Of a DNA stretch of 64,000 nt, positions 13,678 through 26,814 are shown piece after piece. Where the stretch lies: positions 7,315,360-7,379,359 of the forward strand of contig NC_043019.1 of assembly GCF_006345805.1 (NCBI RefSeq). The letters are read 5' to 3'. The stretch's first letter is position 1. Every line of letters begins with the position of its first letter. The stretch is from Octopus sinensis (taxonomy: Eukaryota). The translations under genes and the position numbers were made by a program. The notes under the pieces were generated by a model. It ran no database searches and was not told the origin of the DNA. It was given only the letters and a program-made list of their open reading frames with translations.

Positions 13678-14553
13678 TATATTATATATACATGTGTTGT
13701 GTGTATATTTACATACATCATAAAAGAAGGGGTATAGTATTCAGGCAGATACTTCTCTATGTAATGGTTTTTACTACTATGCTACTGAACCTAATTCAAA
13801 CTAATAACGGAAGGGCATTCCGCTTCGAACAATGTCTTATTTAAACACACTGAAGAGATCCTACTAATAATGCATAAATTGCTGCATATAAATATGCAAC
13901 TATTTGCAGTTAATGCGTTCGAAACACGTGTCGGACGTTTATCATAACTAAACCAACTGTACATAAACATAAAGTTTTTAATGTCCAAATCTTTCATACT
14001 CCTCGACGCGTAATCACGGAGGTGTGAGTTCGAATCTCATACCCGGTCGCCAAAATTTTTTTCTGCAAAATAGAGGTAGCTGATCCTGTTCAGGCTATAT
14101 TATTAGCATTATCCTGCGTTTAAGAATTTAAAATCCCTTATTTAATTTTCTAAGACATATCAGTTAGTTGGTCAAACTAACATACCTCCAGCTGCTTCAG
14201 ATGCCACTATTTGAAAATTGTCAAAGCGTGGTACAACCGTTTAGTAGTTTTCAAAAGTGTAGTAAGTCCCACGTAAAACAGTTTTGCAAAACTATTTCTG
14301 ACTGAAAATGTCAAACAAGCATGGAGTTACGCTTTTAAGACGCTATCATACGTTAAATTCAACTAGATGTATAAAGTTAGATTTATATATCCTTGATTCG
14401 CACAGGAATTTGTCGTGTAATCACGGAGATATGACTTCGGGTCTCATAGCTGTTCATACTATATTATTATGAGAATAAAATCATTTCATTACCTAAAATA
14501 CACGTTTCTAAAACAAACTTCTAAAATAAACTTTTATCTTTCAACGTAAGTTG

Positions 14554-14584
<31 letters not shown>

Positions 14585-14936
14585 CATAACATATACATAT
14601 ATATATATATGTATATAATGACTGTGGGGAAGACTGCGTGGCGTTCGGTTATAAATATATAAATATAAAATTCATCAAGTACAGGACATTACCAAGTGAA
14701 AAATGCGTGAACACATAACGAGAGACAAATACGGGAAATAATACCAAAAGACGTCTAACACCTTCACATTTGTCGACTGTTAATTACTCCCTATTTTCAG
14801 TTTTCAACGACAAATTCGCATTTGACCAAATTTTGTTCTACAATAATTTAACATAGTAGTAAATATATGTCTCCGCCCCGACATCCGAAACTCGGAGTTT
14901 AATTATGGCGATAGAATAATTGTCATATATATTCAA

Positions 14937-14975
<39 letters not shown>

Positions 14976-15815
14976 TGTGCACATATATAATAATAACCTT
15001 CATAAAATAGCACCATCCAGAAATTTTTAAAATGTATAATTTATGAAGAGCTTGGACTTCGAACGAACAAACAGCAAGTGTGGGTGTAAAAAGTAAACAA
15101 TCGGCGAAGACAAGCATTAAGGGCCGTTAGGCCAAGAAGCACTATTTTTGTCTCTCCTACTTATTCTATATCCTTTCAAAATTTCTCCCAAGTTTTATCC
15201 ATTAAAATGCGTCTTGTATTATAATGCGTCTTCAGGATTTGAGGTGCCTAGATTCTTGAGACTTGTATATATATTATGCTTGTTAGCTACAAATCCAAGT
15301 CTGCGTGTGTAAATGTATATGTTTGTATGTCTGCGTGTTTAAGTGTGTGTTTGTGTGTAATTATGGTGTCTATGTATTATGTAACTCCAGTAATGTGCTT
15401 GCCTTTCTGGCAGTATGTGTCCACGCATTTATGTACGTCTCTGCGTAAGCAAGAATATGTGATACTGACACTGCCATTCTCAATTTCTTCGACACGCCAG
15501 TCATATTAATCACCCTCAATATCAACATCGTAAGACTTATCAAAACTAGTTAAATATATTCTGTCTTTGAGACTTAGTCTTGAGAATTGGTCAATCTTAT
15601 CTTGAGACATTTCATTAGGAATAACTTTCAAGTGTCCATATTCTTTCCACAGTTCTCTCATAATATTCTTGTTATCGCAGCTTCAAAAATAGTTACTGAA
15701 GTAGTTCTTTTATCGCAAGTGGTCTCATAGACAGCTACTCTAGCCATGAGTGTGCCATTTTACCTGGACACATTGTTCTTTTACTGTTCTGAACGTTAAG
15801 ATTAAAAACAATAAA

Positions 15816-16255
15816 AAGCGGTGAGGTGCGAGAATCGTTAGTACACCGAGCGAAATGATTAGCGGCTTTTCATCCGTTTTTACGTTATGAGTTCAAATTC
15901 CGCTGAGGTTCACCTTGTCTTGAAAAATTTCGGGAACTATAAAATAAGGTACTAGTTGACCGCTAGGGTCGATGCAATCCACTTACGCATGCTCGTAAAT
16001 TGCTGGCTTTGTAAAAAAATTCGAAATTAGTATTAAGAATTCTTTTTAAAATACAAGGTGCTAATTTGGCGGAATCGTTAGCAGACATGGCAAAATAGCA
16101 GCATTTTCGATCGTCTTTGCATCCTGAGTTCAAATTCCGTCGAGGTCCACTTTGCCTTTCATCCTTTTAGGGCCTATAAATTAAGTACCAATCAATTACT
16201 GGGATCAATGTAATCGATTTAATTCCCTCCCCGAAATCGCTGGCCCTGTGAAATC
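15816..16255 (+). mobile_element. Two tandem degenerate SINE family B copies
   Basis: Each has gaatcgttag...gagttcaaattccg.(c/t)gaggt...gtcgat/gatcaatg.aatc, matching 37729-37950. Confidence 0.85.
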
Positions 16256-16460
16256 ATTATAAAAAACTATAATTTCAATCAGCGGTGTTCTTGAATCGTT
16301 CGAAAAATATAATGAATAAATACAATTTCTTTCTATTTAAGTAATTGACTTCCAATTCTTTGGTTGTCCCTATCCTATTGCATTTCCAACCCTTTCATAT
16401 AGGTTATTGCTGAAACATATTTTTTTTTTTACAATAATGGGGTACTAACTTCACGAATGT

Positions 16461-16736
16461 TTTTTTTTCCCTTCTCGAGCCACGCCTGGCTCATAAGGGC
16501 CGGTTTCCCGGTTTCCTTGGCCGGTCCGTTGCAGGTGAGCTGCAAGATGCAGGAGGAAAGAGTGAGAGAAAGCTGTGGCGAAAGAGTCAGCAGAGGTTCG
16601 CCATTAACTTCTGCCGGAGCCGCGTGGAGCTTAGGTGTTTCGCTCATAAACACACACATCTCCCGGTCTGAGATTCGAACCTGCGATCCCTCGACCGCGA
16701 GTTCGCTGCTCTAACCCCTAGGCCATGTACCTCCAC
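16461..16736 (-). mobile_element. SINE family C (tail type 2) with 14-bp target-site duplication
   Basis: tRNA-like head with B box ggttcgaatctc and an A-rich end. TSD aacttca(c/t)gaatgt at 16447-16460 and 16737-16750. Confidence 0.9.
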
Positions 16737-16994
16737 AACTTCATGAATGTAGTCGTTTGTAATTTCGATTTGTTCCTCTAACCATATAAAGTTTGTTTAT
16801 TTTGCAAGTGATTTTATTTGCTTTGAGCAAAATTCGAAAACCATGTTGAATTGACGTAATTATTTCGTTTTGAAAATTATTTCGCTAAGATTTGACTCCG
16901 TTCCAGGCTATTTACATTTTATTCATATAACAAGAAAAATATTTTTGAGATTTATAAATATTACATTATTGAGGGCGCTTCTTCATGAAAAATA

Positions 16995-17363
16995 TCTCTC
17001 TATATATAAACGGCAGTTTGTCTGTGTGTGTGTGTCTGTGTGTCTGTTAGCTTGTACCCTCACCCTGGCCACGGCTTTCAACCGATTCTGATGAAACTTA
17101 ACACACACATAGCCCAATGCCATAATTCAAAACTAACGCAAAGAAAATTTTGAAAAGTTCCCCCAGTTCTGAGAAAAATCGATAAATTCGACATGGGGTC
17201 GAGAATCATAAACACAAACAACAGACTGTCTAAGGGACGCAACTCGACCGTTTTAACCAAAATTTACCATAATTTTTTTTCCATTTTTTTTGGCTATAAC
17301 CTCTAAAAATGCTTTATAGTTATTTCCCTTACAAACCCGAGCAACGCCGGGCGATACTGCTAG
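16995..17363 (+). mobile_element. Non-autonomous Helitron
   Basis: 5' TC, 3' CTAG, GC-rich subterminal hairpin cccgagcaacgccggg, inserted between A and T with no TSD. Second copy at 45748-46134. Confidence 0.9.
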
Positions 17364-17858
17364 TGTTCTATAAAATTTTGATAATTCCGACCTCAGGACG
17401 GTTACCGTGGTCTAGAGAGTTCTTAACAACAAATCCAAGTTCAAATGGACTTGGAAAATAACATTCTTACTAAAACTGTTTCAGTTACTAATTGCTAATT
17501 TATACAAAGCTCGCAAGCTTTTTGCGATATCATTTTTTAGTTAGAGTTAAACTATATCTGGCATTCTCTTCATAGGTGCCTGTCACTCATGATGAGCAAT
17601 ATACTCTAAATCACTTCATACATTTCAATCTGCTGGTGATCATAACATTTCTTGAACCGATATGATTGGTGCATTTTAACACCTAACGTGAGAAGTATTA
17701 AAACGAGATGATTCTCAGAACGATGACTGCAGTCAACGACGTTCTTTACAACACATCCGACTTAAATTGCACGTACAAATTAATAATCGTTACAAAAGGT
17801 AGGATCCGCCGCTAATAGCTAATATATTTTTTTTTATTTATTCTGATGTCAAGTGCTA

Positions 17859-18394
17859 CAGATCATTAAAATCTCTGAATATCGTGCAACATTGATTATC
17901 TAAAAAAATTGCATAGTGGAAATTGCACCGAATCTTCGGTCTTTGTTGGTGAGCATATTGGTGCCAGGTTGATAACACATGAAGATTCTCTGCTAACCTT
18001 GGCAAAATATCCGCCCTCTACTATACAGATATCAGGAGCTGGAAAAGCTTAATTTAAAGCAATTAAATCCATATACCACACGGCAAACTATGGACTTATA
18101 TATCATGCATCACTCGTTTCACTGACAAATGCGAAGTTAAATCGAAGAATTTCACGTTCCCTTGCTGATAAAGTATCCTTAACTGCGAGATATGATGCAC
18201 ATGGTGAAGGAGTGCGTGCGAAATAGGAATTGCATAGAGGGCTAAAGTAGAAAAACGGTTAAAGTTAATGGAAGAAGGCAATCCACGGAGAGAAAGCGTG
18301 GGGGAGGAAAAACATTCTATAAATATGAAAATATAATTGTTGTTAAAAAATATCATAAAGCCTAGATTCCACATTGAGTAAGGGCAAGAAGAGA
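17859..18394 (+). pseudogene. NOP58: Processed pseudogene of NOP58 (box C/D snoRNP core protein, Nop domain)
   Basis: Stitched frames: [16 protein letters not shown]../[114 protein letters not shown].../DSTLSKGKKR. YHASLV and RYDA favour NOP58 over NOP56. Stops (e.g. 18050-18052), frameshifts and no introns. Confidence 0.88.
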
Positions 18395-18926
18395 TAATTA
18401 GACGAAAGTGAGACAGAAGGGGAATCTTCCGAAAAGATAAAAGTTGATGAACTTGTTTCAGTGAAGGTAGAGTCAAATCTATCAATGTATCTATAGAATT
18501 ACAGGGTCGAAACAAACAATTACCTCTGCTAACGTACAAGAGAAGCCACATACAACAGGGCACCAATATTTACTGGAAATAGCAGTCGATACATTTACGA
18601 TGCTATACGAAAGTTTCACTGTGCAAAAAGACGTGTGAGTGTAACAAACATGAACAATTTTGTCTTACCTCTATGAAGGCCATTATATAAATGGACAACC
18701 CAGAATAGGATAATCCAGTACCTAGTTTTCGGACTCTTCAAATACGTGTGTCAATGTAAAATTGATTAGCCTTCATCTGCTGGATTTACCTGGACACCAT
18801 TTCAAATGTTGCTACATCAATGCCAGTTTACCCACCTGAACGCATAGCCGTTAACCGACCGAGAACAGTGGAAAGGTATGAATATAGTATATATAAATAT
18901 ATAATATATATATATATATACATATA

Positions 18927-18962
<36 letters not shown>

Positions 18963-18964
<2 letters not shown>

Positions 18965-19253
18965 CGCAATGGCCCAGTGGTTAGGGAAGCGGATTCGCGG
19001 TCGTAGGATCGCGGTTTCGATTCCCAGACCGGGCGTTGTGAGTGTTTATTGAACGAAAACACCTAATTCTCCACGAGGCTCCGGCAGGAGGTGGTGGCAA
19101 TCCCTGCTGTACTCTTTCGCCACAACTTTCTCTCTTTCTTCTGTTGGCCTGCGGGGTGGCGTCATTTGGAGGCTAAAACAATGCGAAGCGCATTGTGACC
19201 AGCGATGTGTAACAACATCTGATAGCCTGGTCGGTCACGGTGATCACGGTGAT
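18963..19253 (+). mobile_element. SINE family C (tail type 1, RTE-like tail), well-preserved copy
   Basis: A box tggcccagtgg, B box gtttcgattcc, 3' end (TCACGGTGA)2, sitting between (TG)n and (TA)n. Confidence 0.9.
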
Positions 19254-20109
19254 ATATGTATGTATATATATATATATAATCACATATAAACACAATTTTA
19301 TACAAAGACACACCTATTTATTAACGCCCATATATTTAGTTACTTTATTAAATATGCAGAGAATGTGAGTCTGTGAATGGCAAAATGAATAATGAGATAA
19401 ATGCGAAGAGAAAGGAACTTATTTAGCATCGCTTTCTTTCTCTCGTCTCCGTCTGTTCCTTTAATGACCTGCTTTGCCAAATATTTTAAATCATTTTACT
19501 CACCTCGAACCAAAGAGAACACGCACTCTCCTCTGAGCGCAGGCTCACACACATACACACACACATACATACATATGCACTATTTATGCACTCACACACA
19601 CACACGCGCGCACACAAAATCTAGGTAAACGCTCACATACATATACGAAGTCAATCACACAGAATCAATTTTATGATATTAATAATCAACTCAATACAAG
19701 AACTAAAACAAAAAAATATATGCTTCGTAAATTTCCAACGATCATTAATAATGGAAAATTCAATAAATGAATTATCAAAAAAATAAATTGAACTACTTCA
19801 CGTGCTTTTTCTTTCTTTTGGTTCTTTTTAATATCTTTCTTACCTTTGTCTAATTAAATTTTTAGATATTTAATTGTTCCAAAATTCCGAGTGCTTTATC
19901 TTTTGGTTTTTCTTCCAAAGAATACACATAATTTATTTTCCAACATTGATTCTTTCCAAGTAGTTTTTCTCAAAAGACAATTGAGGAATTATTTCGTTTT
20001 TTTTTTTTTATAAATATATTTATCAATTTAATTATTTATATATTTAAAATACCAAATTCTAAAGAAGAATCCCGCTAAAGCAGTTTATTTTTTATCAACG
20101 TAATTTACT

Positions 20110-20305
20110 CTTTTTCATTCTTCTCCACCCTTCTTCTTCTTCTTCATCTTCTTCTTCTTCTTTCTTCTTCTTCTTCTTCTTCTTCTTCTTCTTCTTCTTC
20201 TTCTTCTTTCTTCTTCTTCTTCTTCTTCTTCTTTTCTTCGTCTTCTTTTCTTCTTCTCTTCTTCTTCTTCTTCTTCTTCTTCTTCTTCTCTTCTTCTTCT
20301 TCTTC
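20110..20305. repeat. (CTT)n microsatellite
   Basis: Direct inspection; source of the poly-K/E/R pseudo-ORFs. Confidence 0.98.
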
Positions 20306-20882
20306 GTATCTCCTCCCCTCCTCCCCATCTTCGGTTCTCACTCCGACCCACTCATCTTGGAACTAGCACCATTCTTCTCTTACTTCTTCGCCCCCACCAC
20401 CACCACCACCACCACCACTTCTCTTTCTCCTGATTCTTCATTGTTGCTGCTGTTGGTTTTCTTCTTCCTCTCCTTCCTCTTCTCCTTATGCTTCAAATAC
20501 TGTTGCTTTCCTTCAGCTACTACTACTACTACTAGTAGTAGTAGTAGTAGTAGTGCTTATTGCTTCTTCTTTTTTTTTCTTCTTCTTCTTCTTCCCCCCC
20601 CCATAACCATATCCAAATGATTTAATTAGCACTTAATATTGCACTCTTAATAATATATTATAATAATCAATTCCAGACATAAACCTGGTTACAATTAAAT
20701 CGATACACAAGTGGTTCGAGACCCGCCAGCGTCTCTGCTTGTTACTATTGGGAATCTTGCCGGGGATGGTGAAGGTGGCGGCGACGGTGGTGGTTGTGGT
20801 GGTTGTAGGGGCGATACTTCTACTATTATCACCGCTATCGCTGCTGTTGCTGTTGCCCTATATCTGTTGGCTACATTTGGTG

Positions 20883-20933
<51 letters not shown>

Positions 20934-20936
20934 TCG

Positions 20937-21901
20937 ATTTCAAATTTTTGGCACAAGTTTAGGAACTTCGCGCCAGTTCAAAGGTCGATCACATCGATCC
21001 CAGTACTAAGCTAGTATCGACCCCGAAAGAATGAAAAACAAAGGTGATCTCAGCGGAATTTGAACTCGAACGTAAGGGGGGACGAAGTAACACGAAGCAT
21101 TTTGCCCGGTGTGCTAACGAATCTGCTAACTCGCTCCCTTAGGGATCATTATAATATCAAAATTCTCAAGACTTTCAACTGTCAGAATCGTCAGACCATC
21201 AGACAGATACTTTGCAGCTGCTGTTCCAGTGCATTGAATTTTCATTTCAAATCCAGCCGAAGTCAACATTACCTGTCCTGCTTCCGGGTCAAATAAAGAA
21301 ATACAAAGTACGAGACTAGACTAGATTAGAAGGGTTTGTATAAATCCCAGAGCGTCGAACAAACTTCCTCAGATATTTCTGTCACCTGTTTTAAGTCTTT
21401 AGTTCAACTTCAGCTAACGCTGGAACCTTGCCATTTATTTGGCCCTAAGCTCCTTACGGAGTAATATGCAAGAACTAATGTGATCTATATTTCCTTGTTC
21501 ATCTCTACTTTATATAAGTTTGACGTTTTGGCGCAAGGGCAGCTGAACTTGGAAGGAGAGAAGTCGATTACATCGACTCCAGTGCACGACTGGTACATAT
21601 TTTATCGACCCCGTAAGGGCGAAAGGCAAATTCGACCTCGGTAGAATTTATACTTAGAACATATAGACGGATGAAATGCGCCCCGAAGGATTTTGCGCGT
21701 CGTGCTAACGATTCGTTTCTACTCTAGGTACAAGGCCCCAAAATTTTGGGGGAGGGGACCAGTCGCTTAATTTATCGATTCCCGAATGGATGAAAGTCAA
21801 AGTGGACCTCAGTGGAATTTAAATACAGAACGTAAAGCCGGACGAAATGCCACCAAGCATTTTATCCGTTATGCTAACGATTCTGCTTAGTTTTCCGCTT
21901 T
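20937..21901 (-). mobile_element. Cluster of at least 3 SINE family B copies (20937-21140, 21520-21715, 21720-21901)
   Basis: Repeated tcgacccc/gaaag.atgaaag.caaa...cggaattt...gacgaa.t...aagcatttt..cc...tgctaacga. Confidence 0.85.
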
Positions 21902-22699
21902 AACCCTATCTTCTACAACCAGCTATGTTGCGCTATGAAAGAGTTGTAAGAGACCATACGTAGTTTTCTTTTCCTAGAATAAATGGGAAAAAGCCTTAAT
22001 GAGAAACTAAACGCATGTCCCTGTCTAGGATGCTATAAAAAACACCCAAAATATATGGCTCCCGTACACAGAATGATTTAGATAATAAAATATCCCATGT
22101 ACAAGATGTTCGAAGAATTCATAAGCTATATGTGTAATGTATAATTGGTATACGGTTCCTAATCTCCACCAAAGAATAATTTAGAAATCTACGATAATAA
22201 TTTTTCCATTATGTGGCCTGAAATAAGTATAAATAGGTTATTGGCTAAAAATAGTCATGTGGTGTGCAAAGTCGGCTAACTCGTGTTAAACAATTTTGAT
22301 GTTCAATTTTCGCCAAATGGAAAATCGACTCCAACAGCTACTTCCTAGATTGCTTTACGCGAAGGGAATGGTAATCGATAGCTAAGATAATCTTTCGTTG
22401 CGTAATTAGTAATTACCAATTCTAATAGTCTAATGAACATGTCGTTCGGGGAATTTTTTTTATCGAAGAAAAGAGTCTGTTATCTGATGTAAGGTTAGTT
22501 GAGGTTCCAAATATTGGGTGTGGCGATAATTCTACGAAAATTGGTAGATGGCATCTGGTTCTCAATGTAATATTGCTGCAGCCAATAAACTTTAATCACA
22601 TGGCTTCTACCGTGTATATTCACAGTGAAATACTTGAGAAGTCTTTACAGCAGCTTGGATGAGTCCAGCGTAAGGAGATTAAAGCAATATTCGCATTTA

Positions 22700-23050
22700 T
22701 CTTTTATCTTTTACTTGTTTCAGTCATTATTCTGGTCCCATGCTGGAGCACCACCGGCAAAACTCAATTTTAGTCTCTTTTTTCTAGCGCCCGGCTATTT
22801 ATTCTGTGTCTGTTTTGCTGAACCGCGAAGTTACGGAGACAGAAACAAACTAACACCGTCAGCGGTGGAGTAGGGTACAAACACGGACACAAGACACACA
22901 CACACATCCACAACACTCACACATGCACACACATGAAGGGCTTCTTTCTGTTTCCTATACCAAATCCCCCTACAAGGCTTTGGTCAGCTCTAGGGTATAA
23001 AACAAGACGATTGCTCACAGTGAACCCGGAACCATGTGGTTAGGAAACAA
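22700..23050 (-). mobile_element. SINE family A, degenerate
   Basis: gtttcagtcatt...catgctggagcacc at the left, internal (CA)n, and gaacccggaaccatgtggtt at the right. Confidence 0.85.
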
Positions 23051-24559
23051 GCCCAATGAAAATACATAACCGATTGCAGACATTGTTTCGGCCATTGTTC
23101 GTATCGTGGAATGACTTAATATCCATACATTCCCACGAATTAGTATTTAGTATTACCACGGGTTACCATTTGGCAGTCATTCATTCCCATGTTGCGCATC
23201 ATGTCGTAAATCAGATATTTATGTATAACTGGGAACAGGGTGAAGTTGATACAGGGTTTTGCCAAAGGTGGGTGCCACAGATGCGGTAGAATAGAACGTG
23301 AGGAATTTCACAACGTTCTGTTGGCAGATTGTCATATTGCAGTCGTTTAGTCATGGATGAGTGTTCTGGAAGTTTATGGTGGAGGAATATTTAGATGCAG
23401 TACCATAATTTTGAAAGGAATCCTTAGATATAAAAACAATCGAAGCGAAGGTTTGCATAATTCACAATACTTCTGCGTTTAGAGTTTGCGTGTTCAAACG
23501 AAACTCACATATTGAAATCAGGTTGTGTGTTCAATCTGGAATTATTATTCCAAGAGACCGTGCCAATAATATCATCAATGGAAACCGACACGCTTCCATT
23601 AAACGTAATTCAAGTAGGGATAAAATTCTAAAGATGAAAGAAATAGTATTTTCTGTCCCATGGCACAAAGAACTTGATTTAGCGACATAGTAATTTCTGG
23701 AACATCAAATTTTTCACCTGGTCATTAAATCAGAAATGCGAACGTATGGCCGACAGGGATTCCCGCTTGTTTGATAATTCTCCCTTCGAAATAACATCGG
23801 CTGAATTAGTAAACAGAAACGTGTATGTTCAAACGGAATTTGCATGTTCCGAAAAACAGGACCAAAATCGTCTGTTGCTCAGAAACGAACATTTTCGAAC
23901 GTCGGTAATCATCGCTTTTGATTAGAAATGCTCTCTAATAATATTTGTAATGATATACTTCCGATCACGAATAACAGAAGAAACGTTATTCCATAGGCCA
24001 GCGTAGACAAACAGTAGGATTCTTTTCTTTTTTACTGTGTCAGATAAATAGTAACCCGAACGGAAAGAAATAATTTATAAAAGAAACAGTGCGGTATTCA
24101 AATATTTCACATGAAATTCAACATTACTACTCCCGCATGGTTATTAAGGCATCGAACTGTTAATTTCAGAAACTTCTAGAATAATAGTCCAACCCAGTAT
24201 TATCCATTGAATAGTTCTTACTCGATTCTGCAAATAAATTCTCGCACAAAACAGAAAGCTAATCATTAAATATTCCAAATACAAATGTGCGTGGTTGTTG
24301 GGGTTACAACATTAGTTTTGCAACGAAGTGGCTTCGGCTCCAGTCCCATAATATTTTGAGTGCTATAACCTTTGGCCTTGTGTGTGATTCGGTAGGCAGA
24401 AACTGTCTTAGAAAACATCATAAATATTCCTTTATCCTTTTATTCTTGTCAGTCATGTTGCTGCGGCCATACCGAAGCACCGCCTGTTAGACGAACAAAT
24501 CGAACCCAGGACTTATTCTTTCTAAGCCTCGTACTCATTCTATCGGCCAGTTGTAAAGC

Positions 24560-25645
24560 TTCGCTTGTGTTAGAAGTTTCTTTAGCGATTTGTGTTACAT
24601 TTGCATTTGATGCGCTCATGCGTTTTCAGGATGTTGTTCATTTTTGGATCACTACTTGGTAAAGGGAGATTTTCCACAATAGTGTCGTATGCCTCACTGT
24701 TTCTAGGGTTGTGGGCTGATAAATACAGTAATGTTTTGAGATGAGGTGTGGTGTTACGTTTTGCTGTCCTCAGCAAATTTTCTCGTCTGTAAGTGAGGGT
24801 AGATATTGTCTTTCAGTTAGCATTGTTTTGAAGTCTTGAAGACGAAGGTCCCGAGTAGTTCTATCAGACACTACTGTGCAATTCCTTTTTGCCAAATTAA
24901 TGAGGATATTTATTTTGATGTGTTTCGGGTGGCATGAGCTAAAGAGGAGATATTGTTTCAAGTCCGTTCGCTTATGATAGATGTTAGTTATAATTTGGTT
25001 GTTGACATTTCTTATTATAATAAAAAGAAGAAGAATGGGAGCTGTTCTTTGTTGTATTCCACTGTAAATTGAATGTTACTATTTATATCATATATTGTTG
25101 ATTTGAAGTCCAAAAGTTTGTTGATGATCTCCTTCTAAATGATACCAGTCATCCGGGTATCTTTTCCAGCGTTCTCTTTTGTAATGATGAAATACATAAC
25201 CATATTTTTGAAGTGACACTTCACAATATCTCATTATCATGTTCGCAAGAAGAGGAGCTGCTTTCGTTCCCATCGCAATTTCGCACTTTTGACGATTGTG
25301 TGTGTCATCAAATAGGAAATAATTGTTCTGAGGTATAAATTTTAAAGATTCAATAATAAAGATCTGATTTATGCGATCCGGGAGTAATTGGGGGTACTTT
25401 TCAACCAGAATTTGATTGCTTTTATTCCATAGTCATGTGGGCTGTTGGTGTAAAAATTGATGACATCGAAGGAAACCAAGCTTGTTTCTTCATTAATTGT
25501 TTTTCGTGGGTGTTCTAGCATCTCTAAATCGTGTCTAATGAAAAAATTTGATGTATTTCAGCAAGGCTTTCAGTAGGATGTCTAGAAAATTGCTTCGACG
25601 CTGGGTTTCACAGGCTGAGCCAGTTATAAAGGGTCATAAAATTAA
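24560..25645 (-). pseudogene. Decayed Penelope-like element reverse transcriptase/thumb region
   Basis: Minus-strand motifs LVSFDVINFYTN, NNYFLFDD..QKCEIAMGTKAAPLLANM, WKRYPDD, NIQFTVE, TNIYHKRTDLKQYLLFSSCHPKHIKINI and HNPRN, which are characteristic of PLE RT. Frameshifted. Confidence 0.9.
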
Positions 25646-25764
25646 GTGTTCTGGCGCTTAGATATTTATGTATTTGCCTGGTTATTGTTTGCAGACATCA
25701 TTAATTATCTTGCACTAATGTATTTTAGGTTAATTACCCCTCTCTCTTTCTCTTCTCTCTCCAG

Positions 25765-25819
<55 letters not shown>

Positions 25820-25823
<4 letters not shown>

Positions 25824-25985
25824 AATTTACAGAAATTTACAGAAATTTACAGAAATTTAACAGAATAAAGAAGACAGGTATATAAAACCTTCTCCGGAAG
25901 GGAGAAAGTATTTTATGTTTCCAGCAACGCTCTTCTCCGGAAAGAAACACGAGGAAATAAACAGAGAGAGAATAAAAAAAAAATT
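25820..25985 (-). mobile_element. Copy of the hammerhead-variant terminal repeat upstream of the Penelope RT
   Basis: Minus strand ttcttt-ccggaga-a-gagc-gtt-gctg-gaaac-ata-aaata and acctgtcttc, homologous to 13425-13635. Includes a (gaaatttaca)~4 tandem. Confidence 0.6.
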
Positions 25986-25997
25986 TGGAGCAAGCGG

Positions 25998-26042
<45 letters not shown>

Positions 26043-26482
26043 CTTTGTGTGTGTATAACAAAATACACATATAAATAATTTTATAAAGGCTCATATAATC
26101 AAATGCTGAATAGCAAATACCTTGTAGTGTTTCGGACGGATTTGTATGAAATAGAAATAGAAATATGCATCACAATACGTCGTAGGTTTCGAGAGGTCAC
26201 TGACACTATCTGTCGCTATACGATACATAATAATATAGCGTAGTTTAGTTTTCTAAACACATTAGTGATCAAATAGACATTTCTATAGATGTAAGGCTAT
26301 TAGACATATATAATCACAGAAGCACATTAGAATACACAAACACAGAGACACACACAGGTATATGCATATATATATCGATCTTATATATATATATATTATT
26401 ATATATATATATATAGATATTATATATATATATATAGGGTGTCTATGCATATATATATACATATTCACACACGCCACACACA

Positions 26483-26513
<31 letters not shown>

Positions 26514-26814
26514 CCCCAATATACAAATTCTAATACACTTATATTTCCATATATATTATATAAATGATCTATTGTTGCAAAATTTTTTTGTATTTAGACT
26601 TATTTATATATATATATATATATACATATACATACACACACACACACCAACACACTCACACACACACACATATATATGTATGTCTAAATGTATATATATA
26701 TATATATATGTATATATATTATGTAGTAGTGTATGTATATAGTTGTATGTACAAATATATAGATATATAAACACACATACACACACACACATACATATGT
26801 ATATATATTCTCCC

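Noticed and set aside
13995-14052. tRNA gene (gagttcgaatctc...cca), partial repeat at ~14410-14452
   Set aside because: Only a T-arm/3' half is visible with no D-arm or acceptor stem; probably a SINE-head fragment.
17585-17670. Box C/D snoRNA next to the NOP58 sequence (ATGATGA at ~17589)
   Set aside because: No suitably placed terminal CTGA box D or closing stem, and a retrocopy would not retain intronic snoRNAs.
20711-20880. GC-rich exon (GDGEGGGDGGGCGG)
   Set aside because: Low-complexity GGT/GCT triplet decay amid other triplet repeats; no domain or clear splice context.
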